Assembly: GCA_044222185.1 (NCBI GenBank)
Contig: JBGANV010000001.1
Coordinates: 832,001-896,000 of the forward strand
DNA from: Planctomycetota bacterium
GTDB taxonomy: Bacteria > Planctomycetota > GCA-002687715 > CAIWVZ01
Direction of reading: 5' to 3'
Length of the DNA: 64,000 nt
The position numbers and the translations under genes were made by a program. Under the pieces are notes generated by a model. That model was given only the letters and a program-made list of their open reading frames with translations, did not search any database and was not told where the DNA came from. Below are positions 41,105 through 50,592 of this stretch, in pieces; position 1 is the stretch's first letter; every line of letters begins with the position of its first letter.

Positions 41105-43471
41105 TCAGAAGTAGGTGATCAGCCAGTCGTTCGCGATGCCGATCTCCTGGATGACGCCGCCCTGGGCGCCAGGGAGCGGAATCGAGCTGAACGGCTGGAA
41201 CAGGCTCGTGATGACCGCGGTCACGACCGGGCCCAGCGTGGCGGTGGCGCTCGTGCCATCGAAGCCCGGGAAGTTCACGTCGGACGTCGCCGTGGCCGTG
41301 ATCGTGCCCGGCTGGATCGTCAGCGCTCCGGTCTGAGGATCGACGACGAACTGGATGCTGGTCGACGCGCTGAAGCCCATGGCGAACACCGGCACTTCGT
41401 TGCCATCCACGATGGCGTCGAAGCTCATCTTCACGTTCGACAGGTAGAACGTCCCCTGGCTCTGGGCGGACTGCGCCAGCGTGAAGGATGGGGCCGTCGT
41501 GTGACGGACGTGCAGGACGACGGGGGTTGCCGCCGCGAACTTCTCGAAGCCCGCCTGCGGAAGGGCCGTCGCCAACGATCCCGCCGTGAGCGGGATCGCG
41601 GTGCCGCCGGTTCCGAGCTGACCGTTGACGTCCAGGTTGAGCCCGCCGGTCGCCGTCAGTGACGCGAAGAACACGTTGAGCGTGTCGTCGTTCAGGCCCA
41701 CACCGATCGTGTACGCGTTGTTCTGGACGGGTGTCGTTGCGCCGAACGTCGGAAGAACACCGGGCGTCGTCCGATACTGCGTGAGCGCGGGAGCGTCCGG
41801 GTTCGTCGCCGTGGGCGTGAGCGCCACGTTCAGTCCCACGGTGAGGCCGGCAGCGTCATAGAAAAGCGAGTGCGCGGCGAACGCCATCGACAGCGGAATG
41901 CCCTGCGCGCTGAGGTCGAACGCGAAGTTGTTGAACTGGGCGATGAGCGGGTTGATGAGCGGCGGCAGGAGCTGCAGCGTCGCCGCCAGCGCCGTCTGGA
42001 TCGCCGTGCGGAACAGCTGCTGGATCGTGCCGATCTGTGACACGTTCCCGAGCGCGCCGGTGACGGTGAAAGCGAATCCGTTCAGCGTCGTCGTCGCACC
42101 CTGCACCTGGGCCTGCATGCCGTTGGCGCCCTGCACGAACGCGATGTTGCCCGTGATCACGGCGCTCGTCGCCGTGATCGTCGCCGTCTCGTTGTAGGGC
42201 GCGTTGAAGATGACGCCCGTCATGTTGCTCGTGATCACGACGTTCGTGAACGTGATCGACAGTCCGACGGCGCCGTTGGCCCCGGGGAAGAAGTCCACGA
42301 GCACCGTCGGGTCGTAGGTGAAACCCGTCGGATCAGCGGTCACCGAGAGGAGCGTGATTCCGAACGGACCGGGAACGGTGAGGAGGGGGATCGCCGGAAT
42401 CGCAGCGATGACCGAGTTGAAGTCGATCGTGCCGAAGACCTGGGCGATGGGACCCTCGAGCGGATCGAACGTGATCCCGTTCACGCGCAACGCCGAGGCC
42501 GGCGAGGCCGGGCTCGTGATGGCTTGCCCGGTGCCGATCAGGACGCTGACGGTCTTGGCGACCTTCTGCCCGGAGGGCGCGGTGAGTTCGAGCGTGATCG
42601 CCGACATGCCGGGCCCCGGGCCCTGGGGTGCGAGCGTACCGCCGTTGAACGCGCCGTTGCCCTGGATCGCGATGGCGCTGCCGTTCAGTCGCGCCGATTG
42701 GGGCGTGGGTCCGGTGACCGTGCCGGAGACGTTCGTCGTCCCGTTGCCGAATGATCCGTCGACGGGCGACGTGAAGTTGATGTCATAGGCGTCGATGACG
42801 ACCGTGTCGGTGCCGTAGGGGACACCGCCGCCCACGTTCAGGCGCACGACGTACGTCCCGGGGAGGTCGGGTTTGAACGAGGCAAATTCACTCGTGCTCG
42901 ACGTCAGCGCCGGCGCAGCGCCCGCGGGGCCGGAGACGACCTGCCAGTCGAAGGTGATGCCGGCCGGCAGATTGCCCTGCTGATCGCGGTTGCCGCTTCC
43001 ATCCAGGCCGACGGGCTTGTTGACGAGCGTCGCGGCATCCGGTCCTGCCGAAGCCGTTCCGATGCGGAACGTGAACGAGATGCCGTTCGAGGGCACGAGA
43101 CCGCCCGGCGCGTTCGGGTCGACGAAGATCGCCGCCGAGTAGAGAGTCACGCCGACGAGCGACGTGAAGCTCGTCGGGACTTCGAAATTGAAGCCGACCT
43201 GCCCCGTGGCGACGAACGGCTGGCCACCGCCGAGGTCGACGAAACCCGTTCCGGGCCCGACTGGGATCGAGACCGGTCCCGCGATGAACGGGCCCGGGCT
43301 GTCACTGAAGATCCAGTAGAAGGGCGCGCCCGCAGGTCCCGTGAGCTGGAACGTGGGGAAGGATCCCAGATAGATGTCCGCGTGCGTGGTCGAGCCGTTG
43401 ACGGTGAGCGTCTGGGCCAGGAGCTGAGTCGCGAAGAGCAGACCGAGCACGAGTAGCCGTGAGCATTTCAT
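41105..43471 (-). CDS. Large secreted protein: N-terminal '..SNGI' domain, PKD/Ig-like domains, possible BPI/LBP-like C-terminal region
   Basis: Signal peptide ..LLA|Q; 'AGPD..LDGSG..DQQG..FDWQ..GP..FKPDLPGTYVVRL' PKD-like; 'IGVGLNDDTLNVFFASL..GGL'. Confidence 0.75.
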   Translation of the reverse strand: MKCSRLLVLGLLFATQLLAQTLTVNGSTTHADIYLGSFPTFQLTGPAGAPFYWIFSDSPGPFIAGPVSIPVGPGTGFVDLGGGQPFVATGQVGFNFEVPTSFTSLVGVTLYSAAIFVDPNAPGGLVPSNGISFTFRIGTASAGPDAATLVNKPVGLDGSGNRDQQGNLPAGITFDWQVVSGPAGAAPALTSSTSEFASFKPDLPGTYVVRLNVGGGVPYGTDTVVIDAYDINFTSPVDGSFGNGTTNVSGTVTGPTPQSARLNGSAIAIQGNGAFNGGTLAPQGPGPGMSAITLELTAPSGQKVAKTVSVLIGTGQAITSPASPASALRVNGITFDPLEGPIAQVFGTIDFNSVIAAIPAIPLLTVPGPFGITLLSVTADPTGFTYDPTVLVDFFPGANGAVGLSITFTNVVITSNMTGVIFNAPYNETATITATSAVITGNIAFVQGANGMQAQVQGATTTLNGFAFTVTGALGNVSQIGTIQQLFRTAIQTALAATLQLLPPLINPLIAQFNNFAFDLSAQGIPLSMAFAAHSLFYDAAGLTVGLNVALTPTATNPDAPALTQYRTTPGVLPTFGATTPVQNNAYTIGVGLNDDTLNVFFASLTATGGLNLDVNGQLGTGGTAIPLTAGSLATALPQAGFEKFAAATPVVLHVRHTTAPSFTLAQSAQSQGTFYLSNVKMSFDAIVDGNEVPVFAMGFSASTSIQFVVDPQTGALTIQPGTITATATSDVNFPGFDGTSATATLGPVVTAVITSLFQPFSSIPLPGAQGGVIQEIGIANDWLITYF

Positions 43472-43747
43472 AGGACGATTCTGTCTCCAGGTCGAGCTGG
43501 GGAAGGCGACAACGACGACAGTACCTTGGATCGGGGCCGACAGGCCCGGGTCTTGCGGTCGTGCATTGTTGCGATGGAGCCGGGGCAGGTCAACGAAAGC
43601 TGTGCGCAAGTGTGAATGGAAAGAGGCGCGCTGCCGCAGAGTCGAGGGTGTGAACCTCGCACTCGACGGAAAGTTTCAGTCCGCGCCGCGCGGTCCGGTG
43701 AAGCGCGCTTGGAAGTTGCGTTTGACTCGCGCACACTCCGCCGCACC

Positions 43748-44635
43748 ATGACGCAGCCGTCTCCATCGTCCGTCACACCACCCGCTGAACTGGCGTGGGT
43801 CTCCGGGGTCGTCGGGCCGGCATCCGAGGCCCGAGTTCCGCTTTGGGATCGCGGGTTCATGTTTGCTGAGGCGGCCTACGAGGCGTACGTCGGGCGATCG
43901 GGCGTCGTCTTCGCCTGGGACGAGCACCAGGAGCGGCTGCGGCGGACGCTCCACGGGATCCAGATTCCCTTCGCTGAGGAAGCCCTGGCGGAGGTGACCA
44001 AGGCTCGCGATGCCCTCGTCCGCGCCTTCGGCGGAAGCTCGTTCCTCCTCTACGTCCAGGTCACCGGCGGCGTCGCGCCGCGGCTCCACGTCCTGAAGGC
44101 GGATCCTCACCCGGCGGTGTACGCCACGATCCGTCCATGGGACCGCGGACAGCTGGCCGCCGACCAGGCGCGCGGGCTGTTCGTGATCACGCAGCCCGAC
44201 CATCGGTGGAAGTTCGCGACGTACAAGACGACTCAACTCCTTCCCAACGTGCTCGCGAAGAAGGCTGGCCGGCTCGTGAACGCCGACGAGATCGTGTTCG
44301 TGTCGGAACGAGGAACGGTCCTCGAGGGTGGGGCCACCAACTTGTTCTGGGTCGAGCGCGGTCGCCTGTTCACGGCACCCAAGTCCGCCAACATCCTGCC
44401 CGGGATCTCGCGGCTCGCGTTGAACTCGTTCCTCGGCATGCCGTTCGAGGAAGTCGAGGCCCCGCTTTCACGCGTCACCAAGGCCGACGAGGTGTTTCTG
44501 ACGGGGACGACGCGCGAGGTCACGGGTGTCGTGAAAGTGGATGACGCCGTCATCGGCGACGGCCGACCGGGGAAGCTGACTCGCGATCTCTCGGTGCGCT
44601 TCACGGCGGCATTCGACCGCGTCTGTCCACCCTGA
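43748..44635 (+). CDS. Class IV PLP aminotransferase (D-amino-acid transaminase-like)
   Basis: 'DRGFMFAEAAYE', 'YVQVTGGVAPR', 'KTTQLLPNV', 'EGGATNLF', 'ILPGISR', 'ADEVFLTGT'. Confidence 0.92.
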   Translation: MTQPSPSSVTPPAELAWVSGVVGPASEARVPLWDRGFMFAEAAYEAYVGRSGVVFAWDEHQERLRRTLHGIQIPFAEEALAEVTKARDALVRAFGGSSFLLYVQVTGGVAPRLHVLKADPHPAVYATIRPWDRGQLAADQARGLFVITQPDHRWKFATYKTTQLLPNVLAKKAGRLVNADEIVFVSERGTVLEGGATNLFWVERGRLFTAPKSANILPGISRLALNSFLGMPFEEVEAPLSRVTKADEVFLTGTTREVTGVVKVDDAVIGDGRPGKLTRDLSVRFTAAFDRVCPP

Positions 44636-44713
44636 CCTTCGTCCTGTAGACTCGCCCCGAAGAAGAGAGCGCGCCGTCGACGATCCGTACGGCCCGCCGG
44701 AGTAGGGGCAGTC

Positions 44714-47700
44714 ATGGGGACACTGCGGATTCGTGGCGGGCGAGCGGTCACGGCACAACAACACGCGCCGCGCCCGGGACGCGCGGGCCTGGGCCTGAAG
44801 GTCGAGCCGCTGGGTGCGGTACGCGTGGAGGAGACCCGCGATCCGGCGGCGCCAGCTCAGGACATCACGGGCGTCGCCGACGATTCGATCGTCGCCGTGG
44901 AGTTCCAGGGCGGCCTGAAGCTGTGGATGCGCGTCGACGCGTTCCGCAAGGAGTTCGCAAGCCCGGATCGGACCCGCGGCGTCGCGACGTCGGCAAAGGA
45001 CGTGTGGGAGGTGGCGCCGACGCTGGGCATCGGGGGACCGACGCGTGGTTTCACCGAGGTCGTGCTCAAAGGGCTGGAGGTCTTCGGCGTGGACGTGGGG
45101 GCACTCGGCGCTGCTGAACTCGCCCGGCTCGTCGACTCACGTCTCGCTCCGAGCCCAGGCTTGAAGGAGCTGTCTCTGGACGGCCCGTTCGCCATGACGG
45201 ACGTCGCGACGAAAGATGTCCCGACGGACCGGCCCATCCTCGTGTTCATCCACGGCACGGCGTCCAACATCGAGGGGGGATACTCGAAGTTCTGGACGCC
45301 TGAGCACCAGGCGTCACGCGACGTGCTTCGCCGCGAATATGGAAGGGCCTTCGCGTTCGAGCATCGAACGCTCTCCGAGCATCCGATCGCGAACGCCATC
45401 CAGCTGATCGATCGCCTGCCCGAGGGCTCCCGCCTTCACCTCGTGTCGCACTCTCGTGGAGGCCTCGTCGGCGAACTCCTTTGCCGAGGGATGCGCGAGG
45501 ATGGCCAACCTCCGTTCACGTTCGAGGAGATCGAGGCGATCGCCCGTGAGAAGGTCGATCCGGCGATGGTCCGCGAGTTCAGCCGCAAGTTGAAAGAGCG
45601 TGGCATCACCGTCGAGCGATTCGTACGCGTCGCCTGCCCGGCGATGGGAACGACTCTCGCCTCGGGCAAGCTCGATCGATGGCTGTCCGTCGTGAGCAGC
45701 CTCGTTGACTCCATTCCGATCGCCGACGTGCTGCTCGACCTCCTCGTGGTGGTGGCCAAGCAGCGAATGAAGCCCGATGCCATTCCTGGCCTCGGGGCGC
45801 AGATGCCCGAGGCCCGCTTCATCCAGGTGCTCAACGCGCCGAACGTCCGCCTGAAGTCGGACCTCACCGTCATCGCAGGCGACGTTGAAGCCTCGGGAAT
45901 CTGGGGGCACGTCAAGTTGTTCGTCCCCGACCTCTTCTTCGGCGGTGATCACGACCTCGTCGTGAACACCGGGTCCATGTACGGCGGCGCCGCGCGGACG
46001 AGCGGGCGCTTCCTGCGGGACGAGGGCCCCGACGTCAACCACTTCCGGTACTTCACCAACCCGACGTCCGTCCGCGCTCTCGTCGCCGGTCTCACGGCGC
46101 CAGAGACGTCGTCCGTTGCATTCCAACCGTTGTCCGAGGCCCGGGCGAAGCCGCCGGCTCGCGAGGTGCGAGAGATCCGAGCCCCGGCGGGTACCAGGCC
46201 CGTCGTGTTCGTCGTTCCAGGGATCATGGGGAGCCACCTGGCCGTGCGCTCCGAACGGGTCTGGCTGCGACTGGCTGCGATCTTCACGGGCGGACTCAAA
46301 AAGCTTCGGATCGACCCGTTGAAGCCCGCCGCAGTCACACCACAGGCGCTGATCGAGGATGCCTACGGCGATCTCGTCGAGCACCTGGCGGAGACGCATG
46401 ACGTCCGGCCATTCCCGTACGACTGGCGCCTGACACTCCTCGAGAACGGCCGTCGTCTCTCCGTAGCGGTGGAGGCCGCGCTGACGGAGATGGGTGCGTC
46501 CGACCAACCCGTCCGGTTCGTCGCCCACTCCATGGGCGGGCTCGTCGTGCGTGCGCTCATGGCAGTCGCACCCGACGTCTGGTCGAGGGTCACGGAGAAT
46601 CCGGCGTCGCGCTTCGTGATGCTCGGGACGCCCAACGCCGGCTCATTCGAGATCGTCCGGCTCCTCGTGGCTCAGGCCACCGTCCTGAAGCAGCTGGCGA
46701 TGGCGGACATCACCAGCGACCGACACGACCTGCTCGAGGTCATCAAACGATTCCCCGGCGTCCTCCAGCTGCTTCCCAGCTCCGCGGCGGGCGGAGGCGA
46801 TCTGTTGGAACCGAGCCGGTGGGCGAACCTGGCGGCCCAGGCCCCGAGCAAGGACTGGGATCCGCCGATCGACGCCGATCTGGCGCAGGCGTCCTTGGAT
46901 CTCGGCACCGTCCTGGCGACGCAGCTCGATGCCACGCGCACCGTCTACGTCGCAGGTCAGGCGGATGCGACGGCCGTGGGATACGTGATCGCGAAAGACG
47001 AAGACCCGGAGGACCGGATCCAGTTCCTCGCGACGGCGCGGGGTGATGGCAAGGTCCCGTGGGAGACGGGAATACCTGCCGGGATCCCACGATGGTTCAT
47101 GGCCGGCGTCGAGCACGGTGATCTCGCAGCGACCCGGTCTGCGTTTCCTGCGATCGTGGAACTCCTGGAGCGAGGAAAGACGGCGCTGCTTCCGACGGCG
47201 CCTCCGTCCGATCGCGGTCTTGCCGAGACGTTCCCCCTGCCGCGCGAGGTCGTGCCCATGGTCCCGCGGGAGGCGGACATCGCGAGGTCGGCGCTGGGGA
47301 GGGCTCGCGAGGTCGCGCGCGCGAAGGTGACGACGCAACGCGTGCGCGTACGCGTCGTCCACGGCAATCTCGCTTACGCGCACTACCCCGTTGCGGTCGG
47401 GCACTACAGCGGCGACACGATCGTCAGCTCCGAGGCGCATCTCGATCGAGGGCTCGGCGGCAGGCTGAGCCAGCGCGAGGCGTTGGGCCTCTATCCGGGG
47501 CCCCTGGAGACGTGCGCGATCCACATCAACCCCGATCGTTCCGCCTTCCTGCGCGGCGCGATCGTGATCGGACTGGGCGAGGCGGGCTCGCTTCGTCCGG
47601 GGCATCTGGAGTCCACGTTCGCGCGCGCGGCGCTGGAGTTCGCGCTCGCGGTCGCCGAGGACACGACGGGGCGGTTCGACGATCCGTCGGGCGGCGCGCG

Positions 47701-50134
47701 CAAGGCGCGGATCAGCTCGGTCATCATCGGCAGCGGAATGGGAAGCCTGCCTGTTCGGGATGCCATCGAGGCGATCCTGCGCGGGGTCTGGCGTGCCAAC
47801 GGTCTTCTGCTCGGGACGCAACGAACTCGCGGCGTCGTGATCGACGAGATCGAGTTCGTCGAGCTGTGGCAGGACACGGCCATTGCGGCGATGCGCGCAC
47901 TGAAGGCCATCACGGCGGAGGCCGACCTTCGGGACGCCTTCGAAGTGGCCGAGAGGATGGCGTTCGTCCCGGGGGGACTTCGTCGCATCGTTCCCGCGGA
48001 GGAGCCGGGCTGGTGGCACCGGCTGCGCATCGCGGCGGAATCGGACAAGCGACTGCGCTTCACGGCGTTGACGCAGCGCGCTCGCGCCGAGGTCACGTTG
48101 CTCGATCAGCAGCGCCAGCTCATCGACGGATACATTCGCGATGCGATCGGGAACGGACGATCGGGCGATGCGGCCCGAACGCTGTTCGAGCTTCTCATTC
48201 CGAACCCTCTCAAAGATCAGGCTCCCGGGCGGGAGCGGCTGGTGCTGATCGTCGACGAGCAGTCGGCTCGGTACCCCTGGGAGTTGCTCGAGGACCAGGG
48301 GTTGAGCGGGGCCCGACTTCCGGCAAAGACGTCGCGCCCGATGTCCGTGGGGGCCGGTCTCCTGCGCCAGTTCGAGACCTCCACGTACCGGGAGCGGCCG
48401 GTGATGGTGCGCGAGAACGCGGCGCTAGTGATCGGCAATCCGAAGACCGAGTTCCCGGACTTGCCTGGCGCCACGGCCGAAGCGACCGCCGTCGCCCGAG
48501 GGCTGCGCGCCGAGCCACACTCGTACTTCGTGAAGGACGTCGTGGAGGGCGAGGGACACGAGATCGTCACGGCCCTCTATGCTCGGGCATACCGCCTGAT
48601 TCACCTCTGCGGTCACGGCGTGCACGAGTACGCACCCGACGACAAGTCGCCGGACGTGAAGGTCAGCGGATTCGTCCTCGGGAACGGCAAGTTCTTGACG
48701 CCAGCGGAAGTCGAGCAGATGCGCGTCGTTCCCGAACTGGTGTTCATCAACTGTTGCCACCTCGGTCGAGTCGACTCGCAGTTGCGGCGTGACGACCGAC
48801 CCGCGTTCGCGGCCAACATCGCCGGACAGTTCATGCGGTTGGGTGTTCGCGCGGTCGTCGCGGCCGGGTGGGCCGTCGAGGACGGGGCGGCCAAGACGTT
48901 CGCGCAGGCCTTCTATCGCGAGATGCTCTCGGGAGCGACATTCGGAGAAGCCGTGCACACGGCACGCGGCGAAACATACGACGGCCACCCCGGCGTGAAC
49001 ACCTGGGGCGCCTACCAGTGCTACGGCGATCCGTCCTACCGGCTGAACACGGAAGGCTTGGGCAGGCGGCCGCGCGGCCGGAGCGAGCTGACGTTCGTGA
49101 CGCCCGCCGAAGTCGTGGTCGAGTTGGAGAACGTCGCCGCACGCGCGAAGACCGCGGGGAAGAGCGACGTCACGTCACTGCTGGAGCACGTCTCCAAGCT
49201 CGTGACCAAGATCAAGCGCGCTGACCGGTCCGATTGGCTCGATCGAGCGGACGTCAGCGAGGCGATCGGGTTGGCACTGGGCGAACTGGGCGACTTCGAC
49301 GGCGCCGTCGAGTATCTGGATCGAGCCATCGACGCTGACGACGCGACCCTGTCGCTTCGGGCGATCGAGCAGCGGGCGAATCTTCGCGCGCGCGGCGCGG
49401 CGCAGGGCGCCTTCCGCGCGAAGGGCTCGTCAGCCAGGAGGATGATCCAACGCTCCATCGACGAACTGGTCCAGCTCGGTCACTTCGGAGAGACGGTCGA
49501 GCGACTGAGCCTGATCGGAAGCGCGTACAAGTCGCTGGCGTGCGTCGCGACGGGCGCGAAGCGACGGCAGGCGCTCGCGAACATGGCGGCGGCCTACCAG
49601 AAGGCACACGATCGGAGCCTGAGTACGAAGCGTCCCGCCGACGCGAACCGTGTTGGTGCCACCTACCCGTTGCTGAACTGGCTGCTCGCGGACCTTCTGG
49701 CCTCGCGGCTCGGATCGAAGGATCGACTGGCGTCCCTGAGTGAGCTGAAGTCGTGGTGCGACCGCGCGGAGCAAGCGGCCCTCGACGAAGACCGGATCGA
49801 ACCGTCGTACTGGGCGCGCACGACGAGCGGGGAATGCGCGCTACTCCGCGCACTGGCCGAAGGAACGTTGCCGACGAGGATCGACGCGGTCTTCGCTCTT
49901 TACGCCGTCGCCCGTGACCACGCGGCGAGTCCTCGCGAATTCCGCTCGATCCTCGACCACGTGGACTTCATCTGCTCGATGCTCGCGGATGAAGCGACGG
50001 CCACAGTATCGCCCAAGAAGGGGACCTCGAAACACCGGAAGGGGAAGGCTCGCCCAGGAAAGAGCTCACCGGGCGGATCGGCTGACCTCGTCGCCGCGAG
50101 GCAGCTCCACGCGAGACTGGTCGGCCTGGTGTGA
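44714..50134 (+). CDS. Multidomain protein: two alpha/beta-hydrolase (lipase/LCAT-like) domains, CHAT caspase-like protease domain and helical TPR-like C-terminus
   Basis: 'FIHGTAS/SHSRGG', 'VPGIMGS/YDWR/AHSMGG/LGTPNAGS', CHAT dyad 'HLCGHG' and 'FINCCHLG', 'TWGAYQCYGDP'. Confidence 0.85.
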   Translation: MGTLRIRGGRAVTAQQHAPRPGRAGLGLKVEPLGAVRVEETRDPAAPAQDITGVADDSIVAVEFQGGLKLWMRVDAFRKEFASPDRTRGVATSAKDVWEVAPTLGIGGPTRGFTEVVLKGLEVFGVDVGALGAAELARLVDSRLAPSPGLKELSLDGPFAMTDVATKDVPTDRPILVFIHGTASNIEGGYSKFWTPEHQASRDVLRREYGRAFAFEHRTLSEHPIANAIQLIDRLPEGSRLHLVSHSRGGLVGELLCRGMREDGQPPFTFEEIEAIAREKVDPAMVREFSRKLKERGITVERFVRVACPAMGTTLASGKLDRWLSVVSSLVDSIPIADVLLDLLVVVAKQRMKPDAIPGLGAQMPEARFIQVLNAPNVRLKSDLTVIAGDVEASGIWGHVKLFVPDLFFGGDHDLVVNTGSMYGGAARTSGRFLRDEGPDVNHFRYFTNPTSVRALVAGLTAPETSSVAFQPLSEARAKPPAREVREIRAPAGTRPVVFVVPGIMGSHLAVRSERVWLRLAAIFTGGLKKLRIDPLKPAAVTPQALIEDAYGDLVEHLAETHDVRPFPYDWRLTLLENGRRLSVAVEAALTEMGASDQPVRFVAHSMGGLVVRALMAVAPDVWSRVTENPASRFVMLGTPNAGSFEIVRLLVAQATVLKQLAMADITSDRHDLLEVIKRFPGVLQLLPSSAAGGGDLLEPSRWANLAAQAPSKDWDPPIDADLAQASLDLGTVLATQLDATRTVYVAGQADATAVGYVIAKDEDPEDRIQFLATARGDGKVPWETGIPAGIPRWFMAGVEHGDLAATRSAFPAIVELLERGKTALLPTAPPSDRGLAETFPLPREVVPMVPREADIARSALGRAREVARAKVTTQRVRVRVVHGNLAYAHYPVAVGHYSGDTIVSSEAHLDRGLGGRLSQREALGLYPGPLETCAIHINPDRSAFLRGAIVIGLGEAGSLRPGHLESTFARAALEFALAVAEDTTGRFDDPSGGARKARISSVIIGSGMGSLPVRDAIEAILRGVWRANGLLLGTQRTRGVVIDEIEFVELWQDTAIAAMRALKAITAEADLRDAFEVAERMAFVPGGLRRIVPAEEPGWWHRLRIAAESDKRLRFTALTQRARAEVTLLDQQRQLIDGYIRDAIGNGRSGDAARTLFELLIPNPLKDQAPGRERLVLIVDEQSARYPWELLEDQGLSGARLPAKTSRPMSVGAGLLRQFETSTYRERPVMVRENAALVIGNPKTEFPDLPGATAEATAVARGLRAEPHSYFVKDVVEGEGHEIVTALYARAYRLIHLCGHGVHEYAPDDKSPDVKVSGFVLGNGKFLTPAEVEQMRVVPELVFINCCHLGRVDSQLRRDDRPAFAANIAGQFMRLGVRAVVAAGWAVEDGAAKTFAQAFYREMLSGATFGEAVHTARGETYDGHPGVNTWGAYQCYGDPSYRLNTEGLGRRPRGRSELTFVTPAEVVVELENVAARAKTAGKSDVTSLLEHVSKLVTKIKRADRSDWLDRADVSEAIGLALGELGDFDGAVEYLDRAIDADDATLSLRAIEQRANLRARGAAQGAFRAKGSSARRMIQRSIDELVQLGHFGETVERLSLIGSAYKSLACVATGAKRRQALANMAAAYQKAHDRSLSTKRPADANRVGATYPLLNWLLADLLASRLGSKDRLASLSELKSWCDRAEQAALDEDRIEPSYWARTTSGECALLRALAEGTLPTRIDAVFALYAVARDHAASPREFRSILDHVDFICSMLADEATATVSPKKGTSKHRKGKARPGKSSPGGSADLVAARQLHARLVGLV

Positions 50135-50505
50135 GCGCGGGCGCGGACTCGCCACCCTGCATCGTCCGAGGTGATTCGAGACGGCGAGGTCTCTCGGTGC
50201 CGGAGTGAATCGGCTTCGCCCTGACGACGGAAATCGCGTTGCGAAAACCTGCGCGGCGCTCGTCCGCGTGGGACGGACGCGATCGGGGCGCACTTCAAGC
50301 TGGTGCGCTTCCCCGAAGTCGTCGAGGATGGTTGCGTCCACCGCCGAGCACGCCTTCGCCGTGCGACGAGATGGCGTCAAGTGCGGGTTTCCGTGCATCT
50401 GCGCGGGCCGTTCGACGCGGACGTCGCTGGTTCGGGGATCCATCGCCATGTGAACACGCCTGTCGCGGCCTCCCTCGAGCGTCGATCGTGGCCGTGGCCA
50501 TACGT

Positions 50506-50533
50506 GAAATCCAGCCGGACGCGGTGGTCGTAG
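50506..50533 (+). promoter_or_regulatory. Possible ECF (SigK/RpoT-like) promoter GAAATCC-N16-CGTAG
   Basis: ATCC-N16-CGTA about 60 bp upstream of the DUF4394 gene. Confidence 0.35.
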
Positions 50534-50592
50534 ATCTGCATGCCGAGGCGCCACGCCCGTGCGCCTTCCATCAAGACCATCGGAGAAGAGAC

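Noticed and set aside
50303-50533. 'HVNTPVAASLERRSWPW' resembling a RAYT transposase C-terminus
   Set aside because: No HUH motif or catalytic Tyr and no adjacent REP copies; likely chance similarity
50480-50546. 'IREIQPDAVVVDL..MP' resembling a receiver-domain remnant upstream of DUF4394
   Set aside because: Too short and needs a frameshift; the same bases are explained as well by an ECF-type promoter
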